A stretch of 26,374 bases of DNA from an uncultured Candidatus Rokubacteria bacterium (GCA_963789955.1 CAWBMV010000029.1:1-26374); one strand, 5' to 3'; positions 9,596-19,366 are shown, counted from the stretch's first letter. Numbers and translations are program-made. The notes: generated from the letters alone by a model not told the origin.

Positions 9596-10771
9596 ATGAC
9601 CTACGACTTCGATCGTCTCGTCGACCGGCGACGCACCGACAGCTCCAAGTGGCAGAAGTACGGGCCCGACGTCTTGCCGCTCTGGGTGGCGGACATGGAT
9701 TTCCAGTCGCCCGAGCCGGTGATCCGCGCGCTGCGCGAGCGGGTCGAGCACGGCGTCTTCGGCTACCTGGCCTTCGAGCAGCCGGAATTCCACGAGCTGT
9801 TCGCGGACCGGCTCCTCAAGCGCTACGGCTGGCGCGTCTCACCCGCCGCCGTGGTGCTGATCCCGGGGGTCATTCCGGGATTCAACGTGGCCGGCCGCAT
9901 TTTCGCGGCGCCCGGCGACGGGCTGATCCTCCAGACGCCGGTCTACCCGCCGATCCTCCGGGCCGCCAGCAGCATCGGCCTCACGCGCGAGGAGGCGCCG
10001 CTGGCGCGCCGGTCGGATGGAAGCTACGCGGTCGACATCGACGCGTTCTCGGCGGGGATTCGCGAGCGCACGCGCTTCTTCCTGCTGTGTAATCCCCACA
10101 ACCCGGTGGGCCGCGTCTTCACGCGCGAAGAGCTGACCGGTCTGGCTCAGGTGTGCCTGCGCCGCGGCCTGGCGATCGTCTCCGACGAGATCCACTGCGA
10201 GCTGACGCTCGGGGGCAACCGCCACACGCCGATCGCGTCGCTCGACCCGGAGATCGCGGAGCGGACGATCACGCTCATGGCGCCGAGCAAGACTTTCAAT
10301 CTGGCCGGGCTCAAGTGCTCGGTCGCGATCATCCCGAACGCCGCGCTCCGGGAAAAATTCGTCAACGGACGCATCGACCTGGTGCAGACCGTGAACGTGT
10401 TCGGCTACACCGCCGCCTTCGCCGCGTACCGCGACGGCCAGCCCTGGCTCGACGAGCTACTGCGCTATCTCGAGGCCAACCGCGACTTCGTCGCCGACTA
10501 CGTACGGGCCCGTCTACCGGGCGTGGTGATGGCCCCGCCCGAGGCGACCTACCTCGCGTGGCTCGACTGCCGGAACGCCGGGATTCCCGGCGGCGATCCG
10601 TACACGTTCTTCCTCGAGAAGGCGCGCGTGGCGTTGAACGACGGCGCGCTGTTCGGTCCGGGCGGCGCGGGCCACGTGCGGCTCAACTTCGGCTGCCCGC
10701 GCTCGATGCTCGCGAAGGCGCTCGACCAGATGCGCGACGCGCTCACGGCCGGCCGTCCAGCGCGCGTCTGA
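9596..10771 (+). CDS. PLP-dependent PatB/MalY-family C-S lyase (cystathionine beta-lyase-like)
   Basis: LPLWVADMDF, LCNPHNPVGRV, VSDEIH, APSKTFNLAG (PLP Lys), ATYLAWLD, RLNFGCP. Confidence 0.93.
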   Translation: MTYDFDRLVDRRRTDSSKWQKYGPDVLPLWVADMDFQSPEPVIRALRERVEHGVFGYLAFEQPEFHELFADRLLKRYGWRVSPAAVVLIPGVIPGFNVAGRIFAAPGDGLILQTPVYPPILRAASSIGLTREEAPLARRSDGSYAVDIDAFSAGIRERTRFFLLCNPHNPVGRVFTREELTGLAQVCLRRGLAIVSDEIHCELTLGGNRHTPIASLDPEIAERTITLMAPSKTFNLAGLKCSVAIIPNAALREKFVNGRIDLVQTVNVFGYTAAFAAYRDGQPWLDELLRYLEANRDFVADYVRARLPGVVMAPPEATYLAWLDCRNAGIPGGDPYTFFLEKARVALNDGALFGPGGAGHVRLNFGCPRSMLAKALDQMRDALTAGRPARV

Positions 10772-11237
10772 GCTGGTCGAGGTGGTTGTCGTCGTGCCAG
10801 GCCATCACGGATAGGAACTCGTCGATCGTCCGGCGGCCTCGCGAATCGACGTGCACGCCGGCGCGCGCCCACGCGTCGGGCTCGAGCTGACGCAAGAACT
10901 CGAGGGTCTCCCGGCGCCGGCGGACGAACGCGGCGAGGGCGAGGATGCCGTCGTTGGCGAGGTACTGGCGCTCGTCGGCCCACCGGTCCGGATTCGTGGC
11001 CACGAACCGCGGCAGGTCCATGGCCACGATGAGCCGCATCCGCTCGAGGAACCACTCCTCGTTGTCCCGCAGGTGACAGATTACTTCGGTCGGCGCCCAG
11101 CTCTTCGCGGCCGGGCGGCGCGCCAGGCGCGCGGCATCGGCGCGATGCACCGCGTCGGTCAGCTCGTCGGGCGTGCAAGCGATCCGGGTCAGCCGCTCCT
11201 CGCGCGGGCGCCGCGCGTACTCCTCGATACTCGGCAT
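10743..11237 (-). CDS. DinB family protein
   Basis: WAPTEVICHLRD and WHDDNHLDQ supply the three-His metal site of the DinB/YfiT fold; GGAGG RBS. Confidence 0.85.
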   Translation of the reverse strand: MPSIEEYARRPREERLTRIACTPDELTDAVHRADAARLARRPAAKSWAPTEVICHLRDNEEWFLERMRLIVAMDLPRFVATNPDRWADERQYLANDGILALAAFVRRRRETLEFLRQLEPDAWARAGVHVDSRGRRTIDEFLSVMAWHDDNHLDQLRRALDGRP

Positions 11238-11302
11238 TCTTTTCCTCCGCGACGATCATCGTAGCCGAAACGCGCGCGCACGATCCGGCCGCCGGCGGGC
11301 GA

Positions 11303-13045
11303 TCAGCGGGCGGGAGCATCACGCGCCCGCGAGAGCGCCCGTCGAGCGACGGCCGACGCCGGGTCGAGGCGCACCGCGGATTCCAGATACGGGATCGCGT
11401 CGGCCGGCCGACCGAGCTCGATCAACGAAATCCCGAGCTGGGTCAACGCGCCCGCGTTGCGCGGGTCGTCCCGGCTGGCGCGCTCGAACTCGCGACTCGC
11501 TTCGGCCAGCTTCCCCTGCTGCGCGAGCGCCAGCCCGAGCCGGGTGCGCGTCTCGGCATCCGTCGGCTCCTTCGCGAGGATGCGCTCGAACTCGGCGGCG
11601 GCCTCGGCCGGGCGCCCCGCCTTGAGCAGCGCGAGCCCGAGATTGCTCCGGTGCCGGACGTTGCCGGGCCGGAGCTCCACGACATGCGCGAAGTGGGCGA
11701 TGGCAGAGCCGAAGTCGCCGCGGTTGCCGAGGAGCGCTCCCGTTTGGCCGAGGCAGAAGACGCAATCGGGATCGACTTCGAGGGCGCGTCGCCAGACCTC
11801 CTCGGCGTCGCGCCAGACTGGGAGCTGCTGGACGGTCAGCGCCGTGAGCCCGACGATCCAGGCGAAGCCCGCGAGGACGACACCCCCGCGCACGGGGCGG
11901 CTGTTTGCCGCGCTCGAGACCGCGGCGGTGACGGCGGCGCCCACGAGAAGGGCGACGCCGAGGCAGGAGAGATAGCTGTACCGATCGGCGACGAGCTGCG
12001 GGCCGTTGTGGACGATGCCGCTGACGGGCGCGAGGGTGAGCCCGTAGACGAGCCACGCGGCCAGCGCCGCCGGCCACGATCGCCGCGCGAGCACCAGCCC
12101 GATCGTCAGTCCGGCGGCGAAGAGCGCCGGGACCAGGAAGCGCGGGCTCGTCAGCTCGACCCGCGCGGGCAGCTCGTACATCGGCGAGAGGAGCAGCGGC
12201 ACCAGGGTCTTCCAGACATAGAAGACGAGGCTGTAGAGCGCCATCGCCACGCGAGCCGTGAGCGGATACGCCGACGACGACGTGAGCCCCACCTTGGCGA
12301 TCACGACCAGCACCGAGATCACCGCGGCCACGATCGCCAGACACAGATACGGGAGCTTCTCCAGAAGCACTCGCCGCCAGCTCCCGCGCGCGCGTCGCAA
12401 CGGATAGACGTCGAGCACCAGCAGGACGAGCGGCAGCGACATGATCAGCGACTTCGAAAGCAGGCCGAGCGCGTAGGCGCCGATCGAAGCCAGGAGCCAT
12501 CGCCTTCGCGGCGCGCCGTCCGTCGCGCATGCTTTCAGATAGGCCAGCACCGTGAGGAGATAGAACAGCGCCGACAGCACGTCGCGCCGCTCGGTGACCC
12601 ACGCCACCGACTCCACCCGAAGCGGGTGGAGCGCGAAGAACAGCGCCGTCACGATCGCGCCGAGCCGGATCGCGCCGGCGCTCGCCGTGGTCAAGCCGAG
12701 CCGCAGCAGCCGAAGCGCCAGCAGATAGAACAGCGCGGCGTTGGCCGCGTGCAGCAGGATGTTCGTCAGGTGATAGCCGAACGCGTTCATGCCCCAGAGC
12801 GCGTGGTCGACGCCGAACGTGAGCCACGTCACCGGGATCCAGTGGCCCATGACCGCGCTCGTGAACGCCCAGCGAATCTGGGCCCAGCCGAGGCCGCGAT
12901 AGTAGGGGTTGGTCAGGAGATTGCGGTCGTCGTCCCACAGGATGAAGTCGTACTGAAGCGCGGGCGAGAACACCGCAACGGTGATCGCCGCGATCGCGAG
13001 CGGCGCGAGCCGGTGGATCAGCGAGTCGAGCTTCGTGGCGCCGAT
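11303..13045 (-). CDS. TMTC-like multi-TM glycosyltransferase with C-terminal TPR repeats (start uncertain)
   Basis: FILWDD loop, HPLRVESVAWVTERRDVLS, LLSK, ADRYSYL, then TPR helices. The frame stays open upstream of GTG 12973 and encodes the first TM helix (RLAPLAIAAITVAVFSPAL), but has no ATG/GTG there. Confidence 0.8.
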   Translation of the reverse strand: MGATKLDSLIHRLAPLAIAAITVAVFSPALQYDFILWDDDRNLLTNPYYRGLGWAQIRWAFTSAVMGHWIPVTWLTFGVDHALWGMNAFGYHLTNILLHAANAALFYLLALRLLRLGLTTASAGAIRLGAIVTALFFALHPLRVESVAWVTERRDVLSALFYLLTVLAYLKACATDGAPRRRWLLASIGAYALGLLSKSLIMSLPLVLLVLDVYPLRRARGSWRRVLLEKLPYLCLAIVAAVISVLVVIAKVGLTSSSAYPLTARVAMALYSLVFYVWKTLVPLLLSPMYELPARVELTSPRFLVPALFAAGLTIGLVLARRSWPAALAAWLVYGLTLAPVSGIVHNGPQLVADRYSYLSCLGVALLVGAAVTAAVSSAANSRPVRGGVVLAGFAWIVGLTALTVQQLPVWRDAEEVWRRALEVDPDCVFCLGQTGALLGNRGDFGSAIAHFAHVVELRPGNVRHRSNLGLALLKAGRPAEAAAEFERILAKEPTDAETRTRLGLALAQQGKLAEASREFERASRDDPRNAGALTQLGISLIELGRPADAIPYLESAVRLDPASAVARRALSRARDAPAR

Positions 13046-13078
13046 CGTTCCACTATGACACGAGGCCCCCGCTGAGCC

Positions 13079-14907
13079 TCAGCGCTTCAGCAGATAGGGC
13101 ACGTCGGCGACGACGGTGTTCTTCCGAAAGAGCAGCGCGCCCTTGACGAGCAGGGCGGTCTGATTGTGCAGGACGTGCTGCCACCAGTGCCGGGGCAGGA
13201 ACTCCGGCAGCACGATCGTGATCATCTGATCGTCACCACGCGACTGGATCTGGTCGAGATAGTCCAGCAGCGGCCGCAGGAGCGAGCGGTAGGGCGACGT
13301 CAAGCACGATCAGCGGCACGCCGAGCCCCCATCGCCCCCACTTCTCTTCGAGGCGCGCCGTCCGCGACGGGATCCGTCTCGACGTACACGGCGCGCACCA
13401 CCGCGGTCGGCGCCAGGGTCCGCGCGTACTGCACTGCGCGGACGACGCCCCGGTGCACGTCGCCGATCAGCACCAGGACCGTGTGCCGGAACTCCGGGGG
13501 GCGCTCGAACCCTTCGAGCGTCAGCTCGTGCGCGACCTCGTCGTAGTGCCGGTGCATGACCACGAACGCCGTGACGAGGATGGGGATGACCACCACCACG
13601 ATCCACGCGCCCTCGACGAACTTCGTGACCGCGAGCGTCAGCAGCACGACGCCCGTGACCAGTGCGCCGACACCGTTGATCCACACACGCCACTGCCAGC
13701 CCTGCTCGCGCAGGCGCAGCCAGCGCCGCACCATGCCGCTCTGCGAGAGCGTGAACGAGATGAACACGCCGATCGCATAGAGCGGCAGCAGCGCGTGGGT
13801 GTCGCCCTGGAAGACGACGATCAAGAGGATGGCGAAGCCGCTGAGGATCAAGATGCCGTTGGAGAACACGAGCCGATCGCCCTGGTTCGCGAACTGCCGC
13901 GGCACGAACCGGTCGCGCGCGAGGATCGATGAGAGCCGCGGGAAGTCGGCGTACGAGGTGTTGGCGGCCAGGACCAGGATGAGCAACGTGGATGCTTGAA
14001 CCAGGTAATACGCCATGCCGTGGCCCCAGACCCGGTGGGCGATCTTCGACACGACGGTCTCGTCTCCGCCGGGAATGATGCCGAAGTCGTACGCGAGGTA
14101 TGTGATCCCCAGGAACATCACGATCGAGATGATGCCGAGCGCCGTCATGACTGCCTGCGCGTTGCGGCCCTCGGGCGCCTTGAGCGCCTGCACGCCGTTG
14201 GACACGGCCTCGACCCCCGTCAGCGCGGTGCACCCGGCAGCGTAGCTTCGCAAGAGCAAGAACAAGCCCAGCCCCTCGAGACCCGGCGGATGGGGCTGGT
14301 ACGGCGCTTCGGGCAGCCAGTTGAAGATCGCGCCGACCAGGCCGTACCCGACCGTGCACAGAATGCTCGCCACGAAGAAGTAGGTCGGCGCCGCGAAGAG
14401 CCGGCCCGACTCCCGCACGCCGCGAAGGTTGCCGAGCGCGATCCCGACCACCGCGAGGACGCTGAAAACGATCCGGTACGGGTGCAGCCAGGACACCGCG
14501 GACGTCAAGGCCGCGATGCCGGCGACGACGGAGACCGATACCGTCAGCACGTAGTCGACCAGCAAGGCCGCGGCGGCGATGAGCGCCGGATACTGTCCGA
14601 GATTGTCCTTCGCGACGAGATACGCGCCGCCGCCCTGCGGGTACGCCGCGACGGTCTGGCGATACGAGACGACCACCACCGCCAGCAGCGCGGCGATCCC
14701 CAGCGCGACCGGAAGCGAGTAGCTGAGCGCGGCCGCGCCGCCGAGCGTGAGGACCAGCAGGATCTCCTCGGTCGCGTAGGCCACCGAGGACAGCGGGTCG
14801 GAAGCGAACACCGCGAGGGCGACCGTCTTGTTCAGGCGCTCGTGTCGCGCTTGAGCGAGCGGCATCGGTGCGCCGAGCAGCAGGCGCTTGACCAGAACCA
14901 GTCGCAT
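13079..14907 (-). CDS. kimA: KimA/YdaO-like K+ transporter (APC/KUP fold), two apparent +1 frameshifts near the 3' end
   Basis: ALAVFASDPLSSVAYATEEIL, YPQGGGAY, LTGVEAVSNG, AANTSYADFPRL, LYAIGVF. Removing one base at 13369-13371 and one at 13302-13303 restores DPSRTARLEEKWGRWGLGVPLIVLTSPYRSLL...LHNQTA. Confidence 0.85.
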
Positions 14908-14963
14908 ATCGTCGACCGACTCTACGCCCGCCGGAGCCCACTCGAGACCGTTCGGCCGTGATT

Positions 14964-15012
14964 TTTACGGCTTTTTAACGCGTCGGCCGCGAGTCTTGAC
15001 GCTCGCTTGAGG
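14964..15012 (+). promoter_or_regulatory. Four-box direct-repeat operator, copy 1 (KdpE/OmpR-like)
   Basis: TTTACG-N5-TTAACG-N15-TTGACG-N5-TTGAGG, between the divergent kimA-like gene and the small 2-TM gene; same spacing as copies 2 and 3. Confidence 0.75.
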
Positions 15013-15043
15013 CCGGGTGTGGCACGGTGGCGCTGGTAACGCG

Positions 15044-15412
15044 ATGTGTGGCGTGAATGACCGTGTCGAGGGGTCGAAGACGCCCCCGCGTCCGCGCTGG
15101 AGCAGGCTCTATCTGCGGGCCGGGCTCATGCTGGGCGTGCTGTGGCTCGTGCAGACGCTCGTCTCGGCCGGCACGGAACGCACCGCGCTCGAGTGTGGGC
15201 TGGTGCTGGGCGGCTTCGGCTCGATGGTCCAGTGGACGCGCCGGAACCGCGCGGCACTCGATCACCTGGACTGGTGCGAGTGCGCCAGCTCGAGGATGAC
15301 CGTACGCGTGATCCACTCCGGTCGCGAGCAGCCGGCGCCCGCGCGATATACCGACCCGTTACCGTGGGTCGACGCGGAGCCGGTCGAGGCAATGGAAGAG
15401 ATCGCGCGCTAG
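15044..15412 (+). CDS. Hypothetical small two-TM membrane protein (paralog of 24372..24686)
   Basis: Two hydrophobic segments; 23/55 ungapped identities to the 24372 protein. The start could be 15017, 15044 or 15053. Confidence 0.75.
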   Translation: MCGVNDRVEGSKTPPRPRWSRLYLRAGLMLGVLWLVQTLVSAGTERTALECGLVLGGFGSMVQWTRRNRAALDHLDWCECASSRMTVRVIHSGREQPAPARYTDPLPWVDAEPVEAMEEIAR

Positions 15413-15433
15413 CGGATCGCTCGACGCGAGCGC

Positions 15434-16787
15434 TCAGATGATCCAGCGAAGGAGCGCGGTCGCCAGCGAGAGGAAGATCGTCACGCCGAGCACGTCCTGC
15501 AGCGCCGTCTCGAAGGGTCCCGCCGTGATCGCCGGATCGAACCCGAGACGCTTGGAGAGCATGGGGATCATCGTCCCCGCGAAGCCCGACAGGTTGACCG
15601 ACACGAACATCGAGACGGCCACCACGAACGCGAAGGCCGCCGAGTGCCAGAGCAGGCCGACCGTCCCGACCACGACCGCGCACACGCCGCCCAGGATGCT
15701 CGAGGTCTCGACCTGCCGGCGAAGTGGCTCCCACCAGCGGCTCAGCTGCACCTGGCCGGTCGCGAGCCCTCGGACGACCATCGTGACCGACTGAAGTCCG
15801 GTGTTGCCCGGAGATCGCCTGGATCACCGGCATGAACGATGCGAGCAGGATGACCTTGCCGAGGGTCTGATCGAAGTAGTGGATGACCGCGCCCGCGCCC
15901 AGCTCGATGACCAGGGTCGCCATCACCCACGGCAGTCGCAGGAACGCGATCTGGCGGGGTGAGCGCCGCTCGAGCTCGGCCGCATCCGAGCCGGCCATGC
16001 GGAAGATGTCCTCCGTCGCCTCCTCGCCCACGATGTCGACCACGTCGTCGGCGGTGATCGTGCCGACCAGGTGGTGGCGCGCGTCGACCACCGCGACGGC
16101 CACCAGGTCGTACTTGGCCACCACGCGGGCGACCTCTTCCTGGTCCATGTCGGCCGGCACGCTGACGACGTTCTCGTCGCGGATCGCCAGCACGGAGCGT
16201 CGTCGGATCGGCGATCAGCAGGCGGCGTAGCGGGACGGTGCCCACCAGGTGCCGGTGGCTGTCGACGACATAGAGCTCGAAGGCGCGGTCGCGGGCGACC
16301 GAGTCGCGGATGTGCTTGATCGCGCCCTCGACCGTGGAGTCCTCGCGCACGGCGACGAAGTCCGGCGACATCGAACCGGCCGGCGGAGTGCTCGGGATAC
16401 TCGAGGACCTCCTGGACGTCCTCGGACTGCTCTTCCTCCATGAGCTCGAGGATCTTCTCGGCCTCGTCCCGGGGCAGCTCGTCGACGACGTCGGCCGCGT
16501 GCTCCGGCGGCATCTCGTCGAGGATGCGCGAGACCTCGACCTCGTCGAGGGCGCGCACGAGCGCCAGCAGGCTGGTCGTCGTCCAGCGCCGGGAGCACCT
16601 CGCCGGCCCGCTCGGCTGAGAGCCGCCGGAAGAGCGCCACCTGCTGCTCGAGGGGCAGGTGCGGGAGGATCGCGGCGATGTCCGACGGATGAGCCGCTTC
16701 GAACGCCTGATCGTCGCGAGCGTCCTTGCCGCCCTCGATCAGGCGTCGCGCGGAGTCGAGCAGGCGCTCCTGATCCTGATCGCTCAT
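15434..16787 (-). CDS. mgtE: Magnesium transporter MgtE, four apparent frameshifts (~16575, ~16375, ~16200, ~15808)
   Basis: Consecutive fragments give the N-domain (HPSDIA, YPEHSAG), CBS pair (LYVVD, KYDLVAVAVVD, ITADDVVD) and TM domain (RLPW, SGNTGLQ, DPAITAGPFETALQDVLG). Confidence 0.92.
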
Positions 16788-16944
16788 GGCCCCAGAGTAC
16801 GCCAGCTTTTCAGATTCGATTGCAACAGAACGCCTACGAGAGACTGCGTGGCCGATCGTCAGGCGTGCGCCTAGACAAATGCGGCGTCAGGTGCCGAGGA
16901 CGACGGGCACTGGGCATGCTGTCAGCACCCCTCAGGCGGTCGCG

Positions 16945-17919
16945 TTACGAGGCCGGGCGCCCGGCGGCCACCGAGCGTTGCGCGCGTCCGGAACCACGGG
17001 GTCCTGACGGTCTCTGCCGGTGGCGGTCGGCCCAGGCCGACCAGTCCACGTCAAGAGCGCCCGCCACGTAGACCGTCGACGTGGTGCCAGTCAGCGAACC
17101 CACGAGAATCACGAATCCGAAGTCCCGGAGGGCCTCCCCGCCGAACAGGAACAGCATCGCCCCCGACATCGCCACCGTCGCGACCGTGAGAACCGTTCGC
17201 GACAGCGTCTGATTCACCGCGAGGTTCACCTTCTCGGCAAGCGTGGCGCCCTTCCGCGTCGCCTGGGATTGGATCTCCCGGAGCCGGTCGTACATCACGA
17301 TCCGGTCGTTCACGGAGAACCCGATCACCGTGAGCAGAGCGGCCAGGACCGGAAGAGAGATCTCGCGGTTCGTCAACGAGAGCGCGCCGACGCAGATGAA
17401 CACGTCGTGCGCCAGGCTGAGGATCGTCACCACGCCGCCTCTGAAGTCGAAGCGCAGCCAGATGTAGAGGAGAATCCCGACGAGCGCCGCGAGGACGGCG
17501 TACATCGCCTGCGTACGCAGCTCGGCTCCGATCTGGGGCCCGACCACGTCAACGCGGAGAACCTCGGGCGCGGCCGTCCCGCTCGGGTCCAGCGCCTCGA
17601 TGATCCGTCGGCTCAGCTCGGTCGTGGTCGTCTGACTCAGGTGCGTGCGGATCAGGACGTCCCGTGGATTGTCGAAGAGCTGGATGATGCTTTCGCCGAG
17701 TCCCGCCGCCGTCAGGCGCGATCGGATCTCATCGATGTGAATAGGCTGGGGCATTCGCAGTTCCACCAGCCCTCCGCCGGTGAAGTCGATGTCGTATCGG
17801 AGGCCTCCCCTGACGAGTATCGAGACCAGCCCGACCAGCATGATGGCCAGCGACAGCGCATACGCCCACCGCCGCTTTCCTATGAAGTCATAGGACGTAT
17901 TCGTGAAGATCGTCAGCAT
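16945..17919 (-). CDS. secF: Protein translocase subunit SecF (divergent copy, no secD nearby)
   Basis: YDFIGKR, DIDFTGG, VGPQIGAEL, AHDV, IGFSVNDRIVMYDRLRE, NQTLSRT; six predicted TMs; intact ORF. Confidence 0.9.
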   Translation of the reverse strand: MLTIFTNTSYDFIGKRRWAYALSLAIMLVGLVSILVRGGLRYDIDFTGGGLVELRMPQPIHIDEIRSRLTAAGLGESIIQLFDNPRDVLIRTHLSQTTTTELSRRIIEALDPSGTAAPEVLRVDVVGPQIGAELRTQAMYAVLAALVGILLYIWLRFDFRGGVVTILSLAHDVFICVGALSLTNREISLPVLAALLTVIGFSVNDRIVMYDRLREIQSQATRKGATLAEKVNLAVNQTLSRTVLTVATVAMSGAMLFLFGGEALRDFGFVILVGSLTGTTSTVYVAGALDVDWSAWADRHRQRPSGPRGSGRAQRSVAAGRPAS

Positions 17920-17959
17920 CGTCGTCGCTCAGCGAAGCGCATACGCACGGGGTGACCCC

Positions 17960-19246
17960 TCAGAAGAACAAGTAGTACAGATCAAACGAGATCGTGTCCT
18001 GGGTCTTCCCGGTCGGGACATAGCCCGGCGCGCGGATCGAGAAGACCTTCTGGTTCGCGCTGTCGTGCCGGTACTCGACGCGGCCGACCAGGCCCTTCCA
18101 GATCTTGTACTGCGCGGTCAGCGTGACTTCCCACAGATCGAGCTTGTTGCCCGGCGGGCTCAGCTGCGTGCGCACGCCCTCGGCGTCCTTCATGTACTCC
18201 AGCCGCAGCGCGGTGCGAAACGCCTCCGTCCAGTCGTACGCGACGTAGGCCGCCCACCCCCACCAGGAGGCGTCGATGTCCCCCCGCGTGCCCGACGCCT
18301 TCAGATAGGCTTCGTCCGTCTCCCAGCCGTAGTCCACGTTCAGCCCGAGCGTGAGCTTCTTGATGCCCGTGTAGGTGAAGACATAGTCGAGCACCGTTCG
18401 CCAATTGCTGTCGATGTGCGCCTGCTCCGGGCCGGTGATCCAGTTGAAGTTCGCCACGAGATCCTTGATCGGCGTGAAGGCGAACTGTCCCGTATACGAC
18501 ATCGCGCTGTTGTTGTCTTTCGCGACGTCCCAGCCGACCACGGTGCCGGCGGTGATCGTGAACCACGGCGCCACCGGGTAGCTCAGCAGGGCGCCGACGT
18601 GGGTCAACGGAACGGCGAAGCTGAACAGGTACGAGCGCGAAAAGTTCAGGTCGTTCGGCGCCTCGATGACCTCGTAGCCGAGCAAGGTGACCCACTTCCC
18701 GGCCTTGAGGGTCAGCCCGTTCCCGATCGGAATCTGGTACGACGCGTACGCCTCCTGCAGGTCGAAGTTCGGCGTGTTCCGGAACGCGAACTGATCGTCG
18801 TCGCCCCGGAAGATGCCCAGCGCGTGGTTCTTCTGCGAGTCGTTCGACGTGCCCGGGATACCCGCCGTGAGCACCAGGCCGTACCCAAACGGGTAGCGCT
18901 CCGACGGGTCCTTCTTGATGCTGAACTCGCCCACGTTGAACGTGTAGCTACCCTGGAAGTCGTAGTACCGCAGCTCGTTGTGGTTCCCGCGGCTCGCGCG
19001 CCCGGTGTTCCACACCAGGCTGTTCTCGATGTAGCCGAACAGCGTGTTCTCGTCCCAGAACGTCTTTGGCTTTTCTTCCTCCTTCTTCTCCTCGGGCTTC
19101 GCCGTGTCGGCGGGTTTCGGCTCCGCCGGCTTCGTCTCCGTTTGGGCGATGGCGGAGGCCTGGCCATATGCGGGCGCTCCGACAGCCATGATCACGGCCG
19201 CCGTGAACAGCGCCCCAACGAGCATCACTCCGAGCCTTCGGGGCAT
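17960..19246 (-). CDS. Outer-membrane beta-barrel porin (BBP2/DUF1597-like)
   Basis: Signal peptide ending AYG|Q, LQEAYASY...LKAGKWVTLLGYEVIE...NFSRSYLF motif, GRVEYRHD, C-terminal aromatic BAM-type signal DLYYLFF; GAGGAGG RBS. Confidence 0.85.
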   Translation of the reverse strand: MPRRLGVMLVGALFTAAVIMAVGAPAYGQASAIAQTETKPAEPKPADTAKPEEKKEEEKPKTFWDENTLFGYIENSLVWNTGRASRGNHNELRYYDFQGSYTFNVGEFSIKKDPSERYPFGYGLVLTAGIPGTSNDSQKNHALGIFRGDDDQFAFRNTPNFDLQEAYASYQIPIGNGLTLKAGKWVTLLGYEVIEAPNDLNFSRSYLFSFAVPLTHVGALLSYPVAPWFTITAGTVVGWDVAKDNNSAMSYTGQFAFTPIKDLVANFNWITGPEQAHIDSNWRTVLDYVFTYTGIKKLTLGLNVDYGWETDEAYLKASGTRGDIDASWWGWAAYVAYDWTEAFRTALRLEYMKDAEGVRTQLSPPGNKLDLWEVTLTAQYKIWKGLVGRVEYRHDSANQKVFSIRAPGYVPTGKTQDTISFDLYYLFF

Positions 19247-19366
19247 CCGATCCTCCTCGACGTCCAGTGCCGCGCAGTCCTCGAGCGGCGTGAGGACGAA
19301 CTGAACCGCATGGAGTACGTCGTCGTTGACGTTGCGTGAAATCGTTTCAGCGGAGTCGCGCGCCCG

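Noticed and set aside
13300..13371. Programmed frameshift producing KimA with or without its cytosolic tail
   Set aside because: Two separate shifts would be needed, there is no slippery heptamer, and neighbouring genes show the same indel pattern.
16788..16944. M-box (ykoK) riboswitch upstream of mgtE
   Set aside because: No AGGTGAGGCT-type core is recognisable, and a -10-like box lies 6 nt from the ATG.
19324..19340. Possible fourth operator, TTCACG-N5-TCAACG on the minus strand before the porin
   Set aside because: Only one imperfect pair, with no partner pair at the N15 spacing on either side.
19247..19366. c-di-AMP (ydaO) riboswitch before the porin, kimA or kdp
   Set aside because: Only CCGCTGAAAC before the porin resembles the 5' motif; the GCGGGGGA and GGGGTGAATC elements are absent in all three leaders.
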